A DNA stretch of 64,000 nucleotides, taken from the NCBI RefSeq assembly GCF_006345805.1, contig NC_043015.1, positions 620,001 to 684,000 of the forward strand, given 5' to 3'. This document shows positions 25,747-40,516 of this stretch, one piece after another. Each line of letters begins with the position of its first letter. The stretch's first letter is position 1. Below the pieces are notes generated by a model. That model worked only from the letters and a program-made list of their open reading frames with translations. It searched no databases and was not told the origin of the DNA. The position numbers and the translations under genes were made by a program. Source of the DNA: Octopus sinensis. Lineage: Eukaryota.

Positions 25747-25966
25747 AGGTGTGGTAAGTAGCTTGCTTACCAATCACATGGTTCCGGGTTCAGTCCTACT
25801 GCATTGCACCTTGGGCAAGTGTCTTCTACTATAGCCTCGAGCCAGCCAAAGCCTTTTGAGTGGATTTGGTAGAAACAGAACGTAGACCGTCGTATATATG
25901 TATACATATATGTATGTGTGTGTATATGTTTGTGTGTCTGTATTTGTACCCCCTACAGCGCTTGAC
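25747..25966 (+). mobile_element. SINE family A, left half only
   Basis: GTGGTAAGTAGCTTGCTTACC...GGTTCAGTCC...CACCTTGGGCAAGTGTC...; stops at CGCTTGACAA. Confidence 0.85.
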
Positions 25967-26726
25967 AAAATTTGCAGTGGTTAGGTCTTTTTCACTGTAT
26001 TACTTGGAATAGATGTGACCAACGATTTTCTCCTATGTTTATGCCTTATTCTATACAACATTCAGAGAGAATATGTACAAAATTATCAGCAAAAATTTCA
26101 GAGTTGCGGTCATTGTCTGCACGTATTGATTATGCTCACGTAAAACTGACTTAACGTGCATTCCTTTCTGGAGACAAAAGTTTGCCTGCTATTTCTCATA
26201 TGTAAACTCAGCACGAACAGGAGCAGCGGCCTACACGTCTTTGGATTTTGTTATCATGCTTGTTCAGTAGACACTCAAGCTTTTATGAGCAGACACATTA
26301 CGTAATGCACTGAACATTGAGTAAATATACTCATATATATTGGTGGTTTTGTGTGAATTTGTGTGTATATGTGTATGAGTGTGTGCGCATGCATGTTTTC
26401 ACATATAATTTCTGCGATGTACAATATATCATCTACTTGCTACAGGGAAGTTTCAAGTATATTTGCTGGTATTTCTAGTAATTCTCGTAAAGACGACTCT
26501 GGGTTATACGTTGCTTGCTACAGCGCTAGTTATTTGAAATAGAAAGTGAATTTAGGGAAGCAACAATATAACGCATAAGCAGAAGATAAAAAATGCAAAC
26601 TCAAAACACTATTAAAAGTATAAAAACTAAATGACACCGCAACTCCATTATCTGACGTGTTTATCCATACATATACATATATGTAAATGAGTACATAAAA
26701 ATATATAGTCGTAAAACACTGACGTA

Positions 26727-26779
<53 letters not shown>

Positions 26780-26992
26780 GTGTGTGTTCTATGGAAAATC
26801 TATCTGTGTATAATGTTAAAAATCCGCATGAATCTTGATAGAGGTTAATGCATATCTACAAGCATACAGACACTTTACCCACCCACATTCGCCCTCCCGC
26901 ACCGAAGCATAAAACAAAAAATAAATCATGTACATCGAAATGCAGACATATATACGCAGCTTTTATATATATAATACACTGCATATGAATAT

Positions 26993-27123
<131 letters not shown>

Positions 27124-27163
27124 CATATACATATGTATATATATACATATGTAATATATATGT

Positions 27164-27268
<105 letters not shown>

Positions 27269-28193
27269 TGCATGTATGTATATGTAGGCGTTTTCGGATA
27301 ATCTGTATTGTTTACTGAGTGAGGATGTTACTGCTGATGAGCAATGTACTTAGCTAGGTTTTGATGTCGACTCCATTAGTGATGTGAATGTGGAGATTAT
27401 CTATTTTAGTTAAATAAACATTCGGCAGTGATGTAAGGACGGGTGTGTGTGTGTGTTGGTGGTAGTGGTGGCTGTGGTAATGGTGGTGGTATTGGTGGTA
27501 ACGTGGTGTTTGCGTGTGGAGGAAGTTGGAGGAGGTGGAAAATGCCTTCAGGTCAGGGACCTTAATTAGATGGAACTTTGATGAGAAAATCAAATAGAGA
27601 GAGAGAGAGAATGAGAGACATTTACGAAGTTGATGGCGATCACGTTGATGACGATGTTGATGATGGTGTACACGACGATGATGATGATGACGACGACAAC
27701 GACGATGGCTACTATTATTATTATTACTATTATTATTATTATTACTATTATTATTATTATTATTATTATTACTATTATTATTATTATCACTATTAGTATT
27801 ATTATTATTATTATTATTGTTATATTATTATTATTATTATTATTATTATATTATTATCATTATTATATTATTATTATTATTATTATTATCATTATTATTA
27901 TCATAATTATTTATTATTATTATTATTATTATTATTTTTTATTATTATTATTAATTATTATTTTAATGATTTTTTATTAATGGTCATCGAAACGACGGTG
28001 TGTTGGTAATCGAGCAGGATAAAACAATTACTATGTTTCATATAAATACATTTTATTTTACATGCAGGTGTGTGACGGCCATGACAATGTATGTGTGTAT
28101 ATATGTTGTTATATACAGAAATATATACATATATGTTATATATAAGTATATATATATATATATATACATAAATACATACACATACATATATAC

Positions 28194-28245
<52 letters not shown>

Positions 28246-28248
28246 TAC

Positions 28249-28292
<44 letters not shown>

Positions 28293-28417
28293 TATATATA
28301 TATATATCTATATATATATTATATATATATAATGTGCATCAGTATATCAATAACGAGAGAATATAGAAAAAGCAACAACAACATGAATAATAATTAATAA
28401 TAATAGTAGCAATAATG

Positions 28418-28471
<54 letters not shown>

Positions 28472-28796
28472 GCAATATTCAGATGCAAGCGAAAAACCGT
28501 AGCTTTATAAATATTTACAATAGCTATATTGTCATTGCTAAATTGATATTGGGGATGTGGGTTATGATGGTGTTGATGATGTTAATGATGAAGACCATCA
28601 TCATTATAATTATCATCATCATCTTTATCATCAGGACGACTTCGACGGGGAGGCGGATGATCATTATGACAGTGGTGATAATACTGCATTAACTGCTATA
28701 AATGTGGAAATGACATGTTTAACGCTTTTTTTAATAGTTTTACAAAGAATTTTAAGCCGAAACTTTACATGTATTTACATTAAAAACATCATACGA

Positions 28797-28862
<66 letters not shown>

Positions 28863-29007
28863 CTCTCTCCAACCCCTTTCCAAACAAACGCAAGTGCATT
28901 CACTTATGCATTCATGTACATGTACAACTACATTCATGTATGCTCACAGTATGGACGTATATGCATTTTCTCCTATCTATATGTACATATATATCTATCT
29001 ATCTATC

Positions 29008-29040
<33 letters not shown>

Positions 29041-29161
29041 GTATATATATACCTATATAAATATATATATACATATATATATATACCTATATAAATATAT
29101 ATTTATACATGCGCATAAATATATATTTATATAGGTATATATTGTTATTTCTCTTATCTGT

Positions 29162-29219
<58 letters not shown>

Positions 29220-30276
29220 ATATTCGTGTGGGCTTCTTTTGTTGTTTCATGTGTGTGCTGAGAGATACACTCCGTATATATGTATATTTATATGATGTCA
29301 TTTCTAACATTTTACATTAAAAGAATAGTTTTGAATACACCCCTTTCCAGCCCCCGCCCCACCACCACTACCACCATTTACCACCACCACCACTACCACC
29401 ACCATCACTGCCGCTACCGAAAATAACACCAAATCGAAACAAAAGAAAAAAAAATCAAAGGCATAAAATATATATTCAAAACAAAAAAACCAAAATTTTA
29501 AATAAATGAGGCTATAATAGATATTAACGACGAAAGATTGGTGTGAAACATTAAAATAACAATGACTGAAGCGATAACATTAAACATAAACAATACTTGA
29601 ACCACTAATAATATCCACACACACACACTGACACACATACACTCAGGCACACAGACCCATATATATATATATATATAACATATATATATATGTATATTTT
29701 CCATTTTATGGCATATCAATTTTCACGTATTACATTACGTTTTCCGTTGTATTTCTATTTATTTTTCTCACTTCACCATGTTTCCCCTTCACTTTCTCCC
29801 CCTCTCCCTGTATCTCTTCCTCTCTCTCTATCCATTTCCAGGTCTCTCTCTCTCTCGGTGTATATATATATATATTTTATTTATTGGTTTCTGCTTTCAT
29901 TATTTTGTTATTTAACTCTTTCTTCTTCTTTGTATATATGTCTCTAATTTTATTCTTTTCTTTTTTTGCAAAATTATGTTTGTAAATCTTTTTCAAAGGA
30001 ATATATATATGCTAACCTCTGTCTGTGTGTGCTTGGTGAGGCATATTTACACGAAGTAATGTTGTTGTTTTTTGCATTGTTTTTGAAGTTCCTCTATTAA
30101 TGGTTTCGTCTAAATTTTACTACATATAATATTTTTAAAATGAGTTTTGGTTGGGATGAGTATAAATGTAGATTTAGTGTATATGACTTCTCTTTTCAAA
30201 CGCTACTTTCTAAAATTTTTCATGATGTATTCATGTTAATTTTGAACTTTCTCTAAAATTTTAAGCAGTATGCTAT

Positions 30277-30307
<31 letters not shown>

Positions 30308-30385
30308 TTATATATGTATATATATATACATATATGGATCTCTCTCTCCATACACGATGCAAGTACACACACATACACACACACA

Positions 30386-30429
<44 letters not shown>

Positions 30430-30711
30430 TATATCTATATACATACAAGTGTAGAGTCATAGCAGTCCACATTTGACCATTAGGGCCACAATTTCATCAT
30501 CATCACTATTTCCAAACTCACGTTACCGCAGCCAGATGCTCTATCATCATTCTTACCGTGTTCAAGTACCGGTGAGAGAAGTCATTGCGTATATTACATT
30601 TCATTACACAGTGCGCTATATATTTGTTTAAGGCTATATATATCCAATGCATAATTATTTTGTTATTGTGTAAATGCAAATCTCGACAACCCAAATATCA
30701 GCACGATATTT

Positions 30712-31015
30712 TCTTTCTTTTTCGTTTAGCTCAAAACTGCGGCCATGCTGATGCACCGCCATTTTGCTACACTGTTCTTACTAAGAGCCTCTTGTGATGT
30801 GTGGCACTTGGTGAAGAATGGAGTTTGATATAGTTACCCTCATTTGCACCTCTTACCGTGAGGTAGGTTTATCTGAGACTATCGACAGGAAGAGGTCCAG
30901 CTTTGATTTAAAACCCTCTACATTTACTTTGTGCAAGTTCCTCAGACTCTTTGGGAGAATATTAAAAAGTTGTGGGCCCTTGAAACCCAGGCTCTTGCAG
31001 TAACTGCTCCTGAAG
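30712..31015 (-). mobile_element. CR1-like LINE 3' end, same family as 16346-16843
   Basis: Colinear with 16346-16640, including GGCGGTGCATCAGCATGGCCGCAG. Confidence 0.9.
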
Positions 31016-31064
<49 letters not shown>

Positions 31065-32384
31065 GAGTCAATAAAAGAAAATGGACAAGAAAAATTAAAA
31101 AGGTGCTTGGTTCGTTAAATTTGTATTATATTTGGAAAAGTAATGCAACATAAAAGATGAAAGAAATATACCTATATGAGTACAAACGGAACTGCCTCAA
31201 ACTAAGAAATAACCCAAGACATCTGATATTCTACATACATGTATATGTTGCCATATAACAATATTTCAGAATCGTCAGTAATTATAACATTAAAAGATGC
31301 AATGATCTGTGTATTGGTAGACACCTTCAGGAAAATTAAGTGTAATTTACGTGGATATTGCTTCCTCTAATTCTGAATGTATATACATACATACTTACAG
31401 ACACCACTACCACCACCATCACGGTCACTGCTACTACTACGAGCAACGGTCTCTGCTACTACTGGTATTACGGCTAACGGTCACTTTCAAGATTACAGCT
31501 AACGATTCTAAGGTGAATAAAGTGAATAAAATCAAAATAAGCAACTAGATATACCGAGGTGATGCAGTACGACCGTTTCAAGCGACTCCATTTAATTGAA
31601 TGATTCATTCATTCCATCAATGCAAACATATATATATATATATGTCTATATACATGAGTGAAAGTACAAATACATAAGTTCTGAAACAATTAGGTTCATA
31701 TTTATCACACCATCCTATCGCCATCATCAGCATATTCATCAGTGCCAGTAGCGCTATTTATAACACTGATAATTAAACTTGTTTTTTTATTTCTTTATTT
31801 TTTCTGCTGCTAGTCTTGGAAGGAATATATTTCGTTATGTCTTCACACGCTCTAAAAGCAACAGACCTCATCACTTGTTCATCCTTATCATGAAACCACG
31901 TATAAAGAAATTGTCTTCTGTATTGTGTATTCCCATCATTCTTTGTCTTGGTATTGTTTCACGTTTTTCTAGGTCCAGAAATGACTGAAATTTATGACCA
32001 GCTCGACTTCGATATGAAATGATAAAACAAATATAAGGATCGTAATTTTCATAAAGCATGATGATAGTGATGGTTCTCTTGAGTTCCTTTTCAAACTTAT
32101 GTAATTTTATAGTTTTTATGAAGATGTTTACCTTAACATGAGCATAGTGGGGTTATACTTAGTAAGCTGAACACTCAGAAAGACTAGGAAAAGATGATGG
32201 ACAAGAACTGGAGTAGAAAAATATGAGGTGGAATAAAACGAAGATGAAGCTGTATTGTAGTAGTAGTAGTAGTGGCAGCAGTATTTCTGCAAGCAGAGAC
32301 ATTATAATTAGTAGCGGAAGAAACAATCAATACTGCATCAGCGAAAGTCGTAGCCGTGATATATGAAACTGAATGGCAATAAGT

Positions 32385-32416
32385 TAATAAATAATAATAA
32401 TAATAATAATAATAAC

Positions 32417-32479
<63 letters not shown>

Positions 32480-32567
32480 AAGAAGAAGAAGAAGAAGAAG
32501 AAGAAGAAGAAGAAGACGAAGAAGAAGAAAAAGACGAAGAAGAAGAAGAAGAAGAAGAAGAAGAAGA
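32385..32567. repeat. (AAT)n-(AAG)n compound microsatellite; other long (AAG)/(TTC) tracts at 33300-33620 and 43855-43980
   Basis: Seen directly. Confidence 0.95.
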
Positions 32568-32574
32568 ACCGATT

Positions 32575-32740
32575 ACACCGACTCCATTGCTCAAGTGGTA
32601 CATATTTTATCGACCCTGAAACGATCTAAACGAAAAGTGAAGTTGACTTCGGCTTAATTTGAACTCACATCATAAAGATGGACGAAATGCTACCTCTAAG
32701 CCTTTTCCAGGTTTGCTAACGTTTCTGCTAACTCGCCGAC
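32575..32740 (-). mobile_element. Degenerate SINE family B
   Basis: Reverse complement reads GGCGAGTTAGCAGAAACGTTAGCA...GAGTTCAAATT...GGGTCGATAAAAT. Confidence 0.7.
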
Positions 32741-32829
32741 TAATAACAATATTAATGATCTCTTTATTGGCCTGGAGCGATGAACGCTTAACAAATGGGG
32801 GCAATATAAACCATGGGACAAATGGGGTG

Positions 32830-33200
32830 TTGAACAATGACGAGTATATAATTAAAAATGGTGAAATTTACATGGGATATGCCAAGGTCCACAGATAATA
32901 AGCTGTGATGTAACAACCACGTTTCATTCTCCTACGAAATGAGTCGAAAGAATAAGCCTTCATCGACTTAGTTATATCTGCAGACCAAAAGATTGAGAAG
33001 ACACTGGAAGAGAAAGTCAAAAAGTAGGAAGACCTGGCATTGGACCGGAATCTCATCTACTAAGCCTGGAAAGTGAGTGCGGTACCTATTGCCATCGGTT
33101 CACTTGCGACGAAATCAAAGAAAGCAGTATTCTGGCTTCAAAAGCTGACAATGCTATATTTCATAATAAGTGCCTAAACAAAAGTGTTGCCATTCTAATA
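32830..33200 (+). mobile_element. R4/Dong-clade LINE C-terminal fragment with a restriction-like endonuclease relic
   Basis: VLNNDEYII...WDMPRSTDNKL...FIDLVISADQKI...EKVKK*EDLA...WKVSAVPIAIGSL...WLQKL follows the PD-(D/E)xK REL layout (WD..TD...IDxA...EK..KY.DL...VPIVIG.LG). Confidence 0.7.
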
Positions 33201-36200
33201 TGTAGGAGGGAGCTGAGATGTGACGTATATGACTCAGGAAATGACAATAGCAGTAGTTGTTGTTGTTGTGTTGTTGTAGTAGTAGTAGTAGTAGTAGTAG
33301 TAAAGGAAGAAGAAAAGAGGAAAAAGAAGATAAAGAAGAAGAGGAAGAAGACGAAAAAGAAGAAGAAGAATAGGAAGAAGAAAAAAAGAAGAAGAAGAAG
33401 AATAGGAAGAAGAAGAAGAGAAGAAGAAGAAGAAGAAGAAGGAAGAAGAAGAAATAGCGGAAGAAGAAGAAGAAAAAGAGAAGTAGAAAAAGAAGAAGAA
33501 GAAGAAGAAGAAGAAGAAGAAGAAGGGGAACAAGACGAAGAAGAAAAAGAAGAAGAAGAAGAAGAAGAAGAAGAAGAAGAAGAAGAAGAAGAAGGAGGAG
33601 GAAGAGTAGGAGGAGGAGAAGAAGAATGAACGAAGGTGAAGGGGATGGAGAAGAGGTAGAAGATAAAAGAAAAAGTGTACAGCATTATGCAACTCCCGTC
33701 CCCAATCATATCGGTTTAATATACTTTACGCAAATTTTACAGTGTAGACACTTTCCAAACAGTGTCTGCAGTTACAAAACAAGATAAAAAAAAAACTATA
33801 TTGAATAGAATGAATATACATTAAACACAAAAGTAGTCAGAGTATACTGATAACGTCAAATTAGTGTTGCATATCGTTAAACACAATTAGTTTTTAACTA
33901 TGTAATATTTGCATATATGGGCACCGACTCCTGATTATATTTTCTCTTTAATGGCAAATCCATCCTCTATATTTTATTATTTTTGGGGGTTTTGTTTGTA
34001 TTATTTTCTTTTTGTATTTACTCTCTGCAGATCTGTGCGGTGTTTCATAGCATAAAATGTGAGAAAACAGGCTAAATACAAACCAAATTACCCTCAACAG
34101 ATGCTCAAATATAATAAACCTGCTGATCATGTATTAATTGAGGCACAGGTTAAATACGTAAAGTCTAATCTATAGAACTTTGATATTTAATAATCATTGT
34201 TTGTGTATACAATTGACATGAATGCAGAACTCCAGTGAAAGGAATGCCAGTCGACGATACATGTTTTCAAAATGTTGCAGTAACTGTATGTTATCTAGGT
34301 AAATTAACTCTAAATTACACTTTAAAAAAAAAGGTAACGAAAATTTTACTCGCAGCAATATATATATATATATATAATATATATATATATATATTATATA
34401 TATATATATAATATATATATATATATTATATATATATATATTATATATATATATATACACACAATATATATATATATATGTATGTATATACATGCGTATG
34501 TGCCTGTGTGCGTGTACGTGTGTGTATAATCCTATGTATGCATATGTATATATATGTATATGCATATAAGTGTATAATATTTGTGTGAGGCTATGTATGT
34601 TGTATGAATGTATGCCGATATATGTAAAAACAAATACATACACGCACGTGCATGTATATACATATACATATATGTATGTATGTGTATTTATATATGTATA
34701 CACTTATGTATACATGCTATACATGCACAAGTCTTTGTTTGCTAAATTTTATCCTAAAATATTTTTATACGTATTTTCCTCTTTTAGTTTTCTGTTCAAT
34801 TTCAAATTTGAATAATGTTATGTTTACTTTTAACATTATAAATTCTTGTTTTCATTGCTCCCTATTTTTATCAATAAATTTGTTTGAAATCACCGTTTCT
34901 CATTCTCCTTCCTTGTTTGTTTTTGTCGTTTTTTTTTTGTTGTTTTTTCCTTCCACATTCTACCCTAATTTATTTTAAATTCTTCACTTTCGCTCCTTTT
35001 ATGTTTACCTTTTATACGAAAATTTATTTGTATTCTTTGTAGCTGTAGTGTAAATGTTTTGATAAAACAACAATGCAGGAGAACTCCGTTGCAAGTTGCA
35101 AGTTGAATCAGTGACTTTGGCTTTAAGCTATAATATTTGCCCTTTGTGTATTGAAATATCTCTGTATAAGTTTGTTTTGCGAGCTGAGCAAATATGGCTG
35201 CGTCCGAAATTTATCTAAATATGGAGGCATTTAGATTAAAATTCTTTGTAATCACAAATTGCTCCAAATCCGTTAGTATACTTGAACTTTCGATATACAT
35301 TAATGGTTAATGGTGAATGGTTAATGTTATTAAGCTAACCATGATGATCACAGCTTCTCACTTTTAATACGTTACAGATATGAGGCATAATTTCCCGTTA
35401 ACAATAAACCCACTTCTACATATCTAGCGAAATGAGCAACATTGAACCAATAATGTAACCAGCGCTCAGTCGTTCGATATACGAGACGAATTATCTTTCA
35501 AATCACACATTACGGTCTTTAGAAAAGGAAATATACATTATATAATTTTGACTGAAAAATATGATTGTTATAATAACTTTGATCATTGTTTAGCCTAATA
35601 AATGCTAACATGAGGTAAATGGTATCAAGAGTATACCTAACTTCACTATGTTTTATGCTTCAAAATAATTACAATAGCAGATTCTGACTATATTTAGTGA
35701 CTGATCTCTAGCTGCATATTCATGATTCACTGTGGATTTTTTTTCTTTTACTTTTTGGGTCTTGAGGTAGAAATAGTGCATGTGAACTTATCTCTCTCTC
35801 TCCTCTCTCTCTCCTGGACTCTTGACTTTTTTGCCATTGATGTGACACCTGGACGTTTGAAAGTCAAATTTAATTGGAATATGTGAGCAAGGATGCAGTT
35901 TCAGAGGGACCAGTAAAAAGAAGGACTTGTTGTACTGATCAGTTCGAGCCTGAACGGATAGATAACGAAAGGTGATAAGAAAAGCGACGACGAGAAATAT
36001 AATGCCTGAGTGGAGGTGAAATAACCCCGACCGTCGCCGATGAATTGCTGTAGAAACCGCATAGATAGACAGCTAAAGGGAGAAGGGAAGAGAGATAGAG
36101 AGCAAGTGAGAGAGAGAAAGGGATGGAGGGAGAGAGTTATGAAGGGAGAAAGAAAGAAAAATGGAATGAATAAAAGAAATAAAGATGAGAATGGGTGAGA

Positions 36201-36249
36201 CAAAATAGGCGCAGAGAGAGTGTCCTCATTGGCCACGAACTTACTTTAT

Positions 36250-36680
36250 GGCAATTAGTCCGCTCATCCTTTCCTAGGATGACCTTCTTTTGCACCAGAA
36301 GCAGCACGGCAGAATAAGTGGGCAATGCAATAGGTAGTTTGAAAAACAATGTATCTGGCATGGATGAGATACAGTTATAGTCATTTATGGTTCGCTACGT
36401 CTGTGAGACACGGAAGAAGACAGAGAAGATCTCACAATCGTTAGATTTCATCGCGGCCTCTAACTTTCGATCACGGACCTCTCTTAACGCAACAAAGTGA
36501 GAATCGAAGAGGTGATGAAAAGCTCTCATAAGGGATTTTTGAAGGATTTGGTACATAAGCGGCGGATGCGTTTTACTAAACATGTGTTTTGATAACCGTA
36601 GGAGGAACGTTCTACCATGGTGATGGAGTAGACGTTTCGAACAAGGAAAACTATCGAGTGGAAGACAAGGTAACCGTTGC
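36250..36680 (+). mobile_element. Highly decayed RTE-like LINE C-terminal relic
   Basis: RYVCETRKKTEKI...EEVM...DLVHKRRMRFTKHVF resembles the YGCETW...EEV...RR.R..GHV region of RTE RTs. Many stops. Confidence 0.45.
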
Positions 36681-37051
36681 TAACGAGTCACCTCTCCCGA
36701 AACTAACGAGTGGAAGACAAATGTAGTACGTTCCAGGGCGACATGATTGCAATGAGAATATGAGTGCAGCCAATGAGAAAAGCGAGCCATTGAGATGTTT
36801 GAAAAAGCCCTTTGTGCCAGCAGGATCTAACTGCTAAAATAATATATATATATATATATAGAATAGCATGTAATATTAGATCGAACGTATTAAATGTAAG
36901 TGTATATTTTTGGTAAACTTAGGTGTGACAATTTTCATTGTAGAAAATTTGTAATCCACTAGAAGAATTTTTTAATATTTCTATTTATTCAGAAGTGTGC
37001 TCCACGTAAATATTCTCATTCTATCTATCTATCTATAGCTATATATATATA

Positions 37052-37089
<38 letters not shown>

Positions 37090-37785
37090 GCATTTTTTCA
37101 ATGTGTACAAGTAACACGGAAAATATATAAATATTTACCAGGGTAGCAAAAATTCACATCAGCGCAAAGCATTTTACTAATTTGCTCTCTAAAGGAATAT
37201 AAACAATTTGATTTGGAATGGAATATTCTATCTATGTCCTATTCCATATGATAAAGGTAAATCCTTTTGTCCACTCTGTAACGAAGAACAGTATCTCATC
37301 GTGCTGTAGGAGAATTCTCTTGTAAACACGTTTAAGGAAAGCATTTATCGTTGCAAACATGGTCAAAAACAAACCTTAAGTTCCTATAAGTAATGTCAAC
37401 CAATCAATAAAATAAAATTTTTAACAGTTTTCTTACATTTCATTTCCACTACATGTATCTATTTACACGCATTGAATCTTTATCTTCACTCATCTCTCAC
37501 ACTATATTTATATTATACCCATACAACAATACACGCAAGCACATATACACGTCATCAGTCTTTAGAGTTAAATTCATAATTATTTTAATAGCATTTTGTT
37601 TTATTTTCTTACAATTCCATACACATTGTTCACACTAAGTTGCTCTGATGTCGTACAATAAAGAAGCAATAGGGCTATATATCCGTCTGTTATTCTAAGC
37701 GTACAGATTGATACCCATATAGTGTTACATATGAATAGAAATGTGTGTTTGTGCGCGTGGGCGTGTAAGCACTTTTCGTTATTGG

Positions 37786-38021
37786 TAAGGCCGGCGAGCT
37801 GGCAGAAACATTAGCACACCGGGAAAAATGCTTTACGGTATTTCGTCTGTCGTTACGTTCTGAGTTCAAATTCCGCAGAGGTCGACTTTGCCTTTCATCC
37901 TTTCGCGGTCGATTAAATAAGTACCAGTTACGAACTGGGGTCAATATAATCGACTTAATCCGTTTGTCTGTCCTTGTTTGTCCTCTCTGTGTTTAGCCCC
38001 TTGTGGGTGGTAAAGAAATAG
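37786..38021 (+). mobile_element. SINE family B, full-length, tail B1
   Basis: GGCGAGCTGGCAGAAAC...GAGTTCAAATTCC...CTTTCATCCTTTCG.GGTCGAT...CTGGGGTC.ATATAATCGACTTAATCCGTTTGTCTGTCC; highly similar to 48706-48940. Confidence 0.9.
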
Positions 38022-38514
38022 GTAATGTCTTTGCATTTAAATTTTTAAGACTTTTAAAACATCCATGAATATTTCATCTACTAATTTCATAGAAAATATC
38101 AGTGAACTAAGTTTTTATTCCTCATTTTGAGAAATGCAGATGATAGTTCACTTCGTCAGATACAAATTTTTATTCGCTGTCTACCATAGTCGTTATCTCT
38201 TCTGTGGCCGACACTTTTACAGAACGTAGGCATATTTGTATGTACATATTATGAAAAATACTACATACATACTGACACACATACACCTACATATACAATA
38301 AAGCACTGTTGTACAGAGGTCATACTGTATAAATATTATATGCATGTATGTATGTATATATGTAAGTGCACATATCAAGGGAAGGCAGAGTATACACAGA
38401 TTAATATCTTTTATATATACAAATATAAATATATCAAATACAACATATGTACAGACACACACAAACCTCAGCCACAGTCACAAACACGTGAATATGATAC
38501 ATAGATACATACAG

Positions 38515-38545
<31 letters not shown>

Positions 38546-38549
38546 TATA

Positions 38550-38673
<124 letters not shown>

Positions 38674-39584
38674 GTGTTAGTGTTTAGATATATATATATT
38701 ATATATATATGAATGTATGTATATATGCATACATATAAGCATCACGTAATAATGTTGTACATGTTTCTGAAAATATATTTTGAGTTGGACACAAGAATAA
38801 TGAATACAAAAATTGTTAAAAGGAGGAAAACAACCTCAACCGAAAAGAAAATAGCGAAGAAAGAAAAACAGACACAATAAGTATTAGTTTAGTAATCCAT
38901 GCGAGAAATGATAGATCATGTGGTTATGTCTTCGAAGAGATACACAAAAGACAAAATATACGTGATAATACCTGGCAGAGATAGATGGCTTATGTTGTGG
39001 GGTTGGGCAGCGATATGTGGAAGATAGATATTGGAATAAATGAGAGATGTGGTGGAGAGTAATTGTGTAGTTTAACATATGGAGAGAGAGAGAGAAATAT
39101 TGAGAGAAAGTGAGAGACGGGGAGAAGGAGATGGGCAAAGAGAAATGGGCGAACAGAGGAAAAAGAGAGTCAGTGTGGGAGTGTTAAAGAACGTGAGAAA
39201 TAGTAGATAGAGGACCTTGAAGAAAATATAGAGAAAGAAAATGTGAGAGTTGCCAAGAAAAGGTGTATGGGAAAATGAAGGGCGTCGCGATAAAACAGAT
39301 AAGTGAATGGACCACGTATATATATTTTGTGTACAGAGATGTCAGCATTTGCTGTTGTGTGTACAGAAGCGTATCTGTATGTATGCACGTACATGCATAT
39401 ACATACGTATATACATACACACATACATATATATAGATACACACACATACATATATATACATATATATATATATACATGTATGTGTGTATGTATGTATGT
39501 ATGTATGTATGTATGTATGTATGTATGTATGTATGTATGTATGTGTGTATGTTTATCTATATATATGTATGTGTCTATGTATAT

Positions 39585-40095
39585 GGTGGCTGCCCCCTCG
39601 TTATCGAGTATGGCCATTGCACAAAGCTGAATCAATGTTGTTATCGTGCAATGCCTGTGCAAGAATATTTGTTTTTTAAGTGAGGAAAGGCTGTGCACTG
39701 AGTCAATCCCACTCACTAAGCAACAGCAGCCATAATCCGAAAAGAAGTACAAATCAACATCATCGGTAACCACCGAGCCGCAGGTTTTATGTCGGAGTTA
39801 TCCCAGTTACCTTAGTTACCTTCTCCTAGAAGGATGCCCTAACAAAGGCTAGGAGTCCTTCACTCCCAATGGTTTAACCGTGCGATCGAGTATTCAGTCC
39901 GATTATTTCTATGTCCCTGCGCATGATACAACCTTAAGACATTTATTAAATGGCCGTTGACTCTCAAGATTTCCTCTGCTCTTTGGCGGATTTTGTTTTT
40001 CATCCCGCAGGGTGTCCAATAGACACCCTCCTCATTAAGCAAGCTTGGTGGGGTTGCCGGTTTAGTCCCCGACAACCCGACCGTGCATCAGGTTG
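39585..40095 (-). mobile_element. Probable short non-autonomous RTE-derived element
   Basis: The minus strand carries GGGGACTAAACCGGCAACCCC and TAGGAGAAGGTAACT...AAAACC, which I recall as RTE 5' UTR-type motifs. It ends ...CGATAACGAGGGGGCAGCCACCA next to a microsatellite. No RT ORF. Confidence 0.4.
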
Positions 40096-40149
40096 TACTT
40101 GGTTATATGTTACCAGTAGCACTCGAAAGAAACTCGGCATATACGTATG

Positions 40150-40516
40150 TATATACATACAGAATGGTACTACCTGCCTTATTGAGCTACATGAGAAATT
40201 TCGCCATTCTGTCAAAGTCTGTTGGTATACAAATATTAAGCTCTCATTGTCTAGTTAAACTCATGTGATGGGTGTCCGGGTTAAATATATACAAGAGAAA
40301 TTCGTAGTAGTAGAGAGCTGTGGTGTCGCTCAAAATGGTCAGTTCTGTTAAGATCACTCAGTCAATTAACGAATTGTTGTATTTAGTGTAAATCTCTTTG
40401 TTGAGGTTTAACTTTAAAACTGTGTCTATATACATCAGGAAAGTAACATATTTTCTATTAAGCTGATATTCAGCTAAATATACAGCAATGTCAATGCCGT
40501 GACATCTTCACGGATG
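40150..40516 (-). mobile_element. Second CR1-like LINE, APE region downstream of the mariner insertion
   Basis: Continues YIREDVTA..., then a DVYRH relic (YRPP-like). Heavily decayed; left boundary approximate. Confidence 0.65.
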
